A stretch of DNA of 63,622 nt, filler included, from Licmophora abbreviata (lineage: Eukaryota), in assembly GCA_900291995.1 (NCBI GenBank). It is 14 parts of 14 records of this genome, joined end to end, with 100 filler letters (N's around TTAATTAATTAA, not from the genome) between each part and the next. Parts side by side here need not be neighbours in the genome. Positions count along the whole stretch, not along the records: positions 23,803 to 27,921 come from OLMU01001257.1; positions 28,022 to 33,799 come from OLMU01001258.1; positions 33,900 to 36,902 come from OLMU01001260.1; 11 more parts are not named here. One strand, written 5' to 3'. Positions 23,803 through 34,012 of the stretch are shown here, piece by piece; positions within the stretch are counted from its first letter, which is position 1, and every line of letters begins with the position of its first letter. The translations under genes and the position numbers were made by a program. The notes below the pieces were generated by a model. The model was not told the origin of the DNA. It saw nothing but the letters and a program-made list of their open reading frames with translations, and ran no database searches.

Positions 23803-24164
23803 GTAAGAAGAAGAATTATCGTTGAAGAAGACATCCAGTATATTTTGGAATTCTACTTAGGGAGCGAGTTCCGGGCAAGGGAAGACACATTGGTTTACAC
23901 ATGGCCTTCTTTGCAAGACTCTCTGTGGCATGGCCCAAGCGGATCTACGGCATCCAACAATCCCCATCACACTACCATTCTGAACACGAGGGAAAAGACG
24001 GAAGAGGCTTACATGCCTGTACCTCCCATAACACTTGCTTTTTAGGGGGCCTGCTTATGCGCTTGCACGGCCAACAATTCGCCAGCCTCCTCATTACGGA
24101 AGAAAGACAACTCGGTATAGGTATTCCTGGAGGGATGGATGCCATTGTTCATGCCGCCCATACC
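23803..24164 (+). mobile_element. Degenerate non-LTR (CRE-like) reverse-transcriptase fragment
   Basis: The peptide FASLL...RQLGIGIPGGMDAIVHA resembles the QxGVGxxGGxEAxVHA motif of CRE-clade RTs. Upstream frames are broken and the fragment sits next to a gap. Confidence 0.45.
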
Positions 24165-24490
24165 GAAAGAATCAAAAACGTACATGCATTTCAGGATCAG
24201 TTTGTGCCACTCACGTTTCGTGAATCCTTGCTCTTGCAAACAAGCAACCTGCTCCTCGATTTCGATTTCTCTATTCTGCACCATACTGAGCGTTAGTTCC
24301 AGATCTTGTGAGAGGCAATGAAGCAGTCGTTGTTTGCAAAGTGACACACGTCGCCCATGCTGTGTTTATAGTGATGCTCTGTGTGCATGGAAAAGAATTG
24401 CGGGAACCAAGAACCCATCCGGAATGTATGATACGAGTATGTATATTGACGAGTGTCGTTTGTGTCACGAAGCATGCGTCATACAAGAGT
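24165..24490 (-). pseudogene. Direct repeat copy 2: orphan duplicate of the vWA gene first exon (24284-24215) and promoter
   Basis: Encodes the identical MVQNREIEIEEQVACLQEQGFTK followed by a gtgagt donor. No vWA exon 2 follows. Confidence 0.7.
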
Positions 24491-24600
24491 CAACTAACTG
24501 AGTCCTGCCGTGACTGAACGCTTCGGGAATGTCACGCGCGTTCACAATCTTTTTTGTTTTTTGCGCTCTTTTCTGTCGCATACGCACGCATTCCATCACC

Positions 24601-26115
24601 ATGATGGTCTCCCGGTGCCTGTCGCTGGGCTTTGTCGCTGCATTGTATTATCTCTATCCCACCAGCACTGCTTCTTTTGTGTGTGGCTTTTCCTTACAGA
24701 ATCATAGACTGTCCAAGTCGCGGTCTACGTTGTGCGCCGCAACGACATCCGAAGTCTCGTGCCCTGCCAAAGAACAAGAGCAGCAGATAACTCAGCAAAT
24801 TCTACAAGGTGTACAGAACGAGCACGACGAGGAGATTTCCATTGGATTCGACGCATTCGGTGAAACTAGTGGCAAGTTTGCTTCTCGTCATGACTGGTCC
24901 GATTCTGACTTCAACTCATACACGGTCGAAGTTGGTACCGCCGGTCCGGATGAGTTTTCTGTGGAACGAGGCAATGAAATCTTCCACACCAAGAATACGC
25001 TCGTGAGTGAAATAGAATGTCAAGAGCTCATTGAAGAGACAAGAGAAGCCATTCGTCATGGCTTGAATCTCGAAAAGGCAGAACAGCAGCAACCCTCTAC
25101 TGGATCGTCGTCACCATCTGATACTAGCAACGCTCGACTGGGCGAGGCCCGCGTCTCGCAACTTCCAAGCGCACGCACGTGGCTCCAGCAAGCTCTACAC
25201 GAACGATTCTTTCCACTATTAGAATCGCGATTTGCAGTGGCGGCGGATACACTGACATTGCATGATGCGTTGATTATTGGGTACGGGAGTCTGAACAAAC
25301 AGGGCGCCACGTCCCAACCCGTTCATCGAGACACGTCGATACTTTCGCTCAATGTAGCCTTGTCTCCATCCTCTGATTACAAGGAAGGTGGAACGTTCTT
25401 TGAAGGATTGACAGAGAAGAGCTCTGTTCTTGCCAATGAACAAGGACATGTGCTGTGTCATGCCGGTGGAGTGTCCCACGCCGGTCGTGGCATTCAGTCA
25501 GGAGAACGCTGGGTGCTGGTGCTCTTTTGCATTGCCAAGAGCCATCCGCAGCTGGCAAGACGATGCCATGCGAGTGGCATGCGACTTCATCAGAGTAAAC
25601 AGTTCGATCTAGCCATTGAGACATTCCGAGCGGGCTTGAGCGTTGCGCCTCGTGACCACCTATTGCACATGAGTTTGGGCAACGTATACATGGCACAAGG
25701 AAGAGAGAAAGATGCGCAATTGTGTTTGAAAAAGGCTGCCTTGTACTATCCACATTGCGGTAGAGCGAATCTTACACTGGGACGCATGTTTCTGTCGAGC
25801 CGCCGACCGCGCGCCGCGCTGCGGCGATTCGAGGCCGTGTTGGAATGGCTACAGGATCGTGACTTGGAGCTGAATGCATGGACGCCGTGGCGGGCCATGG
25901 GCTGGGATGCGCGTGTCTATGGAGCGCAGGCGACGATAATGTGTACACAGTATGCCATGTACAAGGGTATGGAAAGATTTCCGGTGGCTCCAAGATTGCA
26001 GCGGGCGCAAGAGTGGCTTGAAGTCGCCTTGCGAGCTGTGCCCGGGGACCAGAACATTCAGGGGATGCTTGCAAAGGCTGATGAGATGCTAGAGCTAGTA
26101 GAGAAAAATAGATAG
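24601..26115 (+). CDS. 2OG-Fe(II) oxygenase (prolyl/lysyl hydroxylase-like) with C-terminal TPRs, probable plastid presequence
   Basis: HRD...SLNVAL...GGT.F...HAG..I.SGERWVLVLF (HxD...H...R). TPR-like helices. Signal peptide ending TAS-F. Confidence 0.8.
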   Translation: MMVSRCLSLGFVAALYYLYPTSTASFVCGFSLQNHRLSKSRSTLCAATTSEVSCPAKEQEQQITQQILQGVQNEHDEEISIGFDAFGETSGKFASRHDWSDSDFNSYTVEVGTAGPDEFSVERGNEIFHTKNTLVSEIECQELIEETREAIRHGLNLEKAEQQQPSTGSSSPSDTSNARLGEARVSQLPSARTWLQQALHERFFPLLESRFAVAADTLTLHDALIIGYGSLNKQGATSQPVHRDTSILSLNVALSPSSDYKEGGTFFEGLTEKSSVLANEQGHVLCHAGGVSHAGRGIQSGERWVLVLFCIAKSHPQLARRCHASGMRLHQSKQFDLAIETFRAGLSVAPRDHLLHMSLGNVYMAQGREKDAQLCLKKAALYYPHCGRANLTLGRMFLSSRRPRAALRRFEAVLEWLQDRDLELNAWTPWRAMGWDARVYGAQATIMCTQYAMYKGMERFPVAPRLQRAQEWLEVALRAVPGDQNIQGMLAKADEMLELVEKNR

Positions 26116-26452
26116 ATAGTGAATGCGACTCTGATTGCTCTAAAGAGTGCTGTTGCACTCCCGTGTTAAGAGTATCGTTTTGATACATCATCTAAACCCG
26201 GCATCGAAAAAGAGCTTGCCCCCTATTAGTGCAGTCAATATGGTTCGTGTAGTCAATAGGGTTAGTGTTTGATTGGGCCTGATCATTTTAATTTTGTATC
26301 ATAGTGTTACGGATGCAGACATGTATGTCGCCACGATGACCTCTTGGCGATGACCCTCTAGTTTCGAACGGGCCAAGGGTCATTTCGGTTGTCCTGCTCA
26401 TGGAACATCCGCCGGAGTCGCCGACTAGACCTCTTCTACCGTCGCTCTGACC

Positions 26453-28945
26453 ATGGGAAACGCAATTCAGTCCTCTACGGTCCCCTGGGATCCGTTTCAG
26501 AAGAGCGGAAGTCTCAAACAGGGACGAAGCCTGCATCTTTCAAAAACTCGGGCCGGAAATCCATCGTCACCGTCGACATCGTCGTCTTCCATATCTTCGA
26601 GTCCATCCGCCGGCGTTCCTCTGAGAGACCATTCCTCGTCAGGGTCTACATTGTCGGCGTCGCTGACGTCTACGAACATCATGGGCTCCAACGCTCCCAT
26701 GCTGTACGAGCACGCCTTGATCGGAGACTGGGAAGCTCTTTTACTGCGCATTCAGACTCACCCCAAGGAAGCTTGCTACCAGGACAAGTGCAAAAACACG
26801 CCCCTGCACGTATCGTGTCGTCGCCAGCCACCTGTGGAGGTCGTAGATGCCTTGGTTCGCGCCTATCCGACATCGCTTACCAGTAAGACAATGGATGGGC
26901 TCACGCCGCTCCACTTTTGCTGCTACTGCGGGTCGGAACCTCCGACGGTCGGACGTGTGGTGCAAGAGCTTCGTCGCGGGGACATGCCGACACTGCGAGA
27001 TATGGTCGATCGTCGTGGACGGACGCCACTGCACTATGCCTGTGCGGGATTTCGATCTACGCATCGCCTGGAAGTGATCCGTATCTTGCTTCAGCTCGAT
27101 CCGACCTGTGCGATGGCTCCGGACGAACGCAGGCGGACGCCGCTCACACTGATTGTCGATGATTACGCGGAAGAGCTCCAAGATGCTCTTGTCGCCTCGA
27201 ACAGTGTAGCTCGTGAGGCGTGTTTGTCTGCAGGAGGAGATTTGGAAGAGTGTTGGAATGTCATGGAACTCTTGCTGCGAGCCGCCAATCAGCGGTCAGT
27301 GGACAATGAGGAGGAGGATCATGTCAATCCCGAATCGACGAACGCACGTGTGGAAGGAAATGACGACTTTTATCTGTTGCACACGGCGGTGGAAGTTGGG
27401 GCATGTCCTGTTGAGTTTGTTAGACTTGTTCTCAAAGTACAGCCAGAGACTGTGCGACAGGTGGACAATGACAGTCTGCTTCCACTGCATTTAGCCGCTC
27501 GGACCTGTGCGTGGTGGTCGATGACTAGCACCAGTGCCGCGTTAGACACCAACTTTGGAGCTCACAGACCCGGCGAAATACTTCACAGCATCTCAGAGGG
27601 AGGATTGGGATCTCATCAACAGCAACCCGTCTCCGACGAGGTGATTTCCTACCTCTTGGAGCTCTATTCAGAGGCCGCAGCGGCTCCTGACGCTTTTGGC
27701 AAGGTCCCGTTCGTGCTGGCGCTAGAGAGCGGAAAGCCGTGGAAGACGTGCCTGCAACCACTTTACAACGCCTATCCCGAAGTCCTCAATGAGGCTAGTG
27801 TGGAGACACTCCTTGACTTGCGACAAGTCATTGACGGGGCCCTCACATCTGTATCGACTTCTCTGCGTCGAGAGACGACGATGACGCTTCGACACCTGGC
27901 CCCACTTTGGCCCGCTTTGCANNNNNNNNNNNNNNNNNNNNNNNNNNNNNNNNNNNNNNNNNNNNTTAATTAATTAANNNNNNNNNNNNNNNNNNNNNNN
28001 NNNNNNNNNNNNNNNNNNNNNCACATGATCAACTTCAGTCGAGACTGCGGAGGGTTTGCGAGTGGAACAAGTGCGGAAGACTCCTGGGGAGCCACTATCC
28101 AGGCAAGTACCTTGGAGGGAGTGGCAGCTGTTTTGCGCAGCGTGCCGCCGAAACAGCTCAGCCTGCCTGACACACCACAGAATGCTCTCGGTCTCGCCTT
28201 GGACCTACTGTCCTATCATGTGGAAGAAGTTCGAATCGGTGCGGCACATGTGCTGGCAGAGTCGGTGACATTGCTGGGAGACAATTCTACCGATCGAACG
28301 CTAGCTGAGACCATCTTTGATACTCCAGAGGAGTGTGACGATACTACCGTTTCATCGGGAGGCTTCTCGTCTTTCATGGGCGACTACGAACCCAGCGTGG
28401 AAAATGTACACGGCCGAATCATGGCATGTCATTCCATTCTCGTACGACAACCATCGCGATCCCTAACTGAAAACCAGACCAAGTGCGTCAAGGAGTGGAT
28501 GAGACACGATGAGTCCATCATTCGAGCAGCCGCATGCCTCGTCGCCGGAGCCCGCTTGTCAAGCTCCAACGACCTCAAGGACTTTCGATCGCCACTGCTC
28601 AAGTGTATGCGCACTACGGAAGAGGTGGAAGTTCATCTCGCCGTAGCACGGGGGCTCTCCTACTCCGCCCGTAAACACACTGATCTCTTTCTCTGCAAGA
28701 ACGGGCTGGCACTCCTGGATGGTGCTCTCATGTTGTCACTGACTGCAACAGAGCCCATTGTCCAACAAGCCTTTCATGTTTTCTTGTGGTGGGCCTTGCA
28801 GATGGGCAACGAGAATAGTCAAGACGTGGTACAGAACTATATGAAGCTTGCTGAAGGCGGAAACGGGCGCATCATGATGACTCTCGTCACACAGACACTG
28901 TCCACTCTAACTGTGCCAACAGACGACGATGACGAGTACTATTAG
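26453..28945 (+). CDS. Ankyrin-repeat protein with C-terminal HEAT/ARM-like region, spanning gap 27922-28021
   Basis: NTPLH, LTPLH, RTPLH and LLPLH ankyrin cores. The ORF is open into the gap and a same-strand helical ORF resumes after it. The join is inferred. Confidence 0.7.
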
Positions 28946-29024
28946 TGGGAAAGATTGATTGTACAGTGGGATATAATTTTTTATTATCGTTTCTATTAGG
29001 TATTGTTAGTCATGTATGAATGCA

Positions 29025-30110
29025 CTAAAGAATAGTTGTAAGCTTGACAAAGGCTCCGGCAGGTCGTTGCTGAATCTCAATCTTGCCTTGTGCCAAGCAG
29101 TGCTGAACGACAAACGCACCCGACAAGCCAGGATAGTTCTGTCTCTCGAGGTGCGACCGCGCCAGTTCCTTATACAAGGACCGCTTCAACTGCTGAAGAA
29201 CCTTCCGCTCGGCCTTCCAGAGCTGCTGCAACACGAGCCCCCAGTTCGGTAGCCACACGACAAATTTTCGATTCCCCGCGGTTTTTAACAAGACCTGCAT
29301 GTGCACCAAAGTATCAATCGCTTGGTCGCATGAATGAGAAGTCGTGGTTACATTTTGCTTCCGTTTCGTCCAAGCCTCTTCGAGATCATCTTGTGAAATG
29401 GACCGCTTCGTCCAGTTCCTGAGATTGGAGACGAACCAAGTCGTGGTGTCATTATGGAATGCGACGTCTTCCGAACCACACTGCGACAGGTACGTTCGAT
29501 GCGCATCCCACACGGCTCGCACGTAGTCCTTAGTTTCCACGACGGACTGGATCGTTGTAGCGTGCACTGCCCCATCCGCAGCAGCACTGTTACGTCCCCC
29601 CGCCGTCCCAATGTCGACAAGCCGTCTCACACGGTTCGTCGCCACCAATGCCTGGAGCTCTCGAGTCACGACCGAGTCGTCCCCGTGGGAAGTCTGAAGC
29701 GTCTGGTAAAGCTGGGACTCCAGTACACAAGAGATAGTACTGACAGCACCTCGGGCGGTCGTGAGAGGAATCTGCAACGACTGGCTGCCTTGTTGCAGCG
29801 AGCGCATGGCCAGGAGAGTGTCGCAGGGCAGTTCGTCGTGCTGGACGGCGTGGTCGAGTCCGGCAAACGGGAATTCCTCCTCGTCGTCTGGATTCGACGC
29901 ATCCAAAGTACTAGAAGTGACAGAAAGGGAGTCACATGCAGCTTGAGAGGCCCCCCGTCGGCGGAAGGATGGAATCCCGCGACCCACGGATGTCTTGGTC
30001 CTTGTGGGTAGAGCCCTTTTCTGCGCTATTTTTCGTCGCTTAACGACCAATCTGACACTGCTTTCCCCCTCCTCCTTGTTGTATTTTACAGGTCTCGCAG
30101 AGCCGCTCAT
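29025..30110 (-). CDS. STK19-like winged-helix protein
   Basis: DTLLAM..L, VLESQLY, VTRELQ.L, and C-terminal LQQLKRSLYKEL...LER...GKIEI...AG.FVKL match the STK19 family pattern. Confidence 0.65.
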   Translation of the reverse strand: MSGSARPVKYNKEEGESSVRLVVKRRKIAQKRALPTRTKTSVGRGIPSFRRRGASQAACDSLSVTSSTLDASNPDDEEEFPFAGLDHAVQHDELPCDTLLAMRSLQQGSQSLQIPLTTARGAVSTISCVLESQLYQTLQTSHGDDSVVTRELQALVATNRVRRLVDIGTAGGRNSAAADGAVHATTIQSVVETKDYVRAVWDAHRTYLSQCGSEDVAFHNDTTTWFVSNLRNWTKRSISQDDLEEAWTKRKQNVTTTSHSCDQAIDTLVHMQVLLKTAGNRKFVVWLPNWGLVLQQLWKAERKVLQQLKRSLYKELARSHLERQNYPGLSGAFVVQHCLAQGKIEIQQRPAGAFVKLTTIL

Positions 30111-30549
30111 GAGGCACTGCAGCGAACAACTCAGAAACGATCACTTATCATGGCGTCGATCCTCGCATCATGGCGTCCGGCTACGCGGGCTCACAGTTTC
30201 GCGATATATATTGGGTTTTGCGGAGCGCGCGAGCTCGAGAAGAAACAGGCTGGCGCGCGCGTGACGAGATGTCGCTCTTGGATGAGATCTCCGGGATTGA
30301 TGCAACACACCTCTTGTTGAGCGATTCTGTTCCCGCATGATCGACTTTCGGACGGTTGCTGCTAACGCAGCAGTCGGTTGCTCTACAGTGGATATTGGAA
30401 TACGATTATTGTAATCAGTCACTCGTCACTCATCGTGATATCGTGATCGCCTTTTGGACTGCATCACACTCACACACTGTTGCCACAAATCTGTTTGGGC
30501 AGCCGGTCCATTTCCAAGTACCTTGATTCATTCACAAATTGACAATACA

Positions 30550-30885
30550 ATGAAGCTCCTTCTTCCCCTCGCCTCCATCCTCCTCTTGGCCGGATCTGCT
30601 CAGGCTTTCTGCTGCGTGCAATCAGGTGTCAATGACAACGAAGGCACTCTCGATATTGAATGTCCTGCTCTTCCCTCCTACGCCATTGCAAGATTCCCTC
30701 CGCTTGTATGTCAAAACGCATTTGGGAATGGAGGTGCCACTTGTGACCCCCTTGACTCTGATCTTACCAAGAACACAGGCTACAGGATGGGAGCCATTGC
30801 GTCCATTGTGTTCTTGTGTTGCACGGATTGGCAGCCCACTGGGGGGAATGGCATACCCCCATCTTGTGATACTCTTCCTTTGTAG
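30550..30885 (+). CDS. Small secreted 8-cysteine protein (111 aa)
   Basis: Signal peptide MKLLLPLASILLLAGSAQA, then a CC-C-C-C-CC-C pattern. Confidence 0.75.
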   Translation: MKLLLPLASILLLAGSAQAFCCVQSGVNDNEGTLDIECPALPSYAIARFPPLVCQNAFGNGGATCDPLDSDLTKNTGYRMGAIASIVFLCCTDWQPTGGNGIPPSCDTLPL

Positions 30886-31399
30886 AGGCCAATTGTGGAG
30901 CTGAGAGAGTACATATGTCTTGAGTAGCTGGCGCTTGTCTGCAATCCTGTCACGTGTTCTGTTGTGTCCGCCGCAGGATACATGTGACCTAGACTCGCGT
31001 CGAGCAGAAAAAAGAAATACGAGCCACAGGCCAGCACCGTCCGTCCTAAACTCTAAAGTAGTTCTATGTAAAGTAACAAAGCAAGGCCATGGACATGCCA
31101 AAAAATCCCTTCGTATGATACCTGCAGAGTGAAGAGGGAGTGATCCGGCGGGATATTAGTCCTACTCGCGTAATGGTGAGATATACTCCGGGTAGGTCTC
31201 TTCAAATCGCGCAGCCGCGATGCGTTTCTTCGTCGCGCATCGCGAGAGAGTGACGTGGTGAAAATAACCTCACATTTTGGTTCCTGACGCATCACCATGG
31301 CGCGATGACGGTCTCGTCCCGCCGTTGGGAGCGTCGTTACTTCTGTTGCTGCACCTGCCAAGGTGGTTTCTACTAACACACACACTCACACGCGAGACA

Positions 31400-32578
31400 A
31401 TGCGAATTGTGCAAACTGCTCTCTTCCTGGCCCTGTCGCTTCCAATAGCGCACGGATGGGCCGGGCCAAAGAGTCCGTCTCGTAGCCCTGCAGCTCTGGA
31501 CCGCCGAGGCTTTTTATCGACGTCTGCCGCCTCCGCTGTGGGCGTTGTCTCAGCATCAGTCGTTTCGTCCCTACCCCCAGCATCGGCTGCCGTCCCCAAG
31601 GTGGATCCCGTCTATCAACCGCCGCCTCATTCTCTTGACAACCAAGTCATGGTCATCACCGGCGGTACCACTGGCCTCGGTCTGGAATCCGCCAAACGAC
31701 TTGCAGCAGGCGGAGCGACTGTCATCATCACAAGCCGTACCGAAAGCAAAGGAAATCTTGCGGTCGAGACAGTTCAAGACTATCTGTCGGATCGCGATAT
31801 TTCCAACCAGAGCGTGTACGCCGTGACCCTCGACCTCGATGATCTTGCCAATGTTAAATCCTTCCCACAGCGACTCCAAAAGCAAGTGCCTCTGTTTGCT
31901 GATGGCAGTGCTAAGACTACTCCGAAGATTGACGTTCTATTGAACAATGCCGGTGTCATGGCCATTCCAGATCGACAGCTTACAAAGGACGGGTTCGAGC
32001 GAACCTTCCAATCCAACCATCTCGGTCATTTTGTGCTGACTAGCAAACTGTTTCCCATGCTTAGCAACGATGCAAGAGTCATCAACGTGTCGTCAAGTGC
32101 CCATCAGTTTGCGTCCAAGGGCCTTGACTTGAACAATCTTAACGGAGAGGAACAGTATGGTCCTTGGAGTTCCTACGGACAGTCGAAATTGGAGAACATT
32201 TTGTTCGCCAAGGAGATGCAGCGACGTGCTCGAGATGCAGGATTATCCTTGACTGCCGTTTCGTTGCATCCCGGTGCTGTCCAAACCGATCTGAGTCGAT
32301 ACATGATGGGTATGGAGAACTTTGAAAAGATGAAGACAGAAACGTCATGGAAGACGGACTTGTTACAAAAATCTCTCAAGACTCTGGGCGTTCTGCCGGT
32401 GGAACAAGGAGCAACCACCCAAGTTTGGTTGGCTGCGGGGCAAGGGCAGGGTGTTGGTGGCACGTACATGGAGAATTGTAAAATTGTCACTCCTGCCGGG
32501 GCCGCGACAGATATGGAAAAGGCGAAAGAATTGTGGGCAGTTAGCGAGAAGTTGGGTGGCGTGGACTTCAAGATATAA
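31400..32578 (+). CDS. Short-chain dehydrogenase (retinol-DH/Tic32-like) with signal + transit + Tat-like presequence
   Basis: TGGTTGLG, LNNAG, NHLGHF, YGQSK, HPGAV. N-terminus has AHG-W, DRRGFL and ASA. Confidence 0.9.
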   Translation: MRIVQTALFLALSLPIAHGWAGPKSPSRSPAALDRRGFLSTSAASAVGVVSASVVSSLPPASAAVPKVDPVYQPPPHSLDNQVMVITGGTTGLGLESAKRLAAGGATVIITSRTESKGNLAVETVQDYLSDRDISNQSVYAVTLDLDDLANVKSFPQRLQKQVPLFADGSAKTTPKIDVLLNNAGVMAIPDRQLTKDGFERTFQSNHLGHFVLTSKLFPMLSNDARVINVSSSAHQFASKGLDLNNLNGEEQYGPWSSYGQSKLENILFAKEMQRRARDAGLSLTAVSLHPGAVQTDLSRYMMGMENFEKMKTETSWKTDLLQKSLKTLGVLPVEQGATTQVWLAAGQGQGVGGTYMENCKIVTPAGAATDMEKAKELWAVSEKLGGVDFKI

Positions 32579-32670
32579 GTGCAGCACGATCACTCTGTAT
32601 TCCAGTTTCAAGAGCTAACGTAGAGATAACAATGTCGTAGAACGCTGACTGACTCTATTGAAGATAATTT

Positions 32671-33799
<1,129 letters not shown>

Positions 33800-34012
33800 N
33801 NNNNNNNNNNNNNNNNNNNNNNNNNNNNNNNNNNNNNNNNNNNTTAATTAATTAANNNNNNNNNNNNNNNNNNNNNNNNNNNNNNNNNNNNNNNNNNNNA
33901 ATATCACTCCATCTCAAACATATAATCACAATCACTAAAACATCGCTATGTTTCTAGTCAGCCTGGAAGGCACTCGAAGCGAACGTCTAGTTCGCCGCTA
34001 ATACCGCTGACC

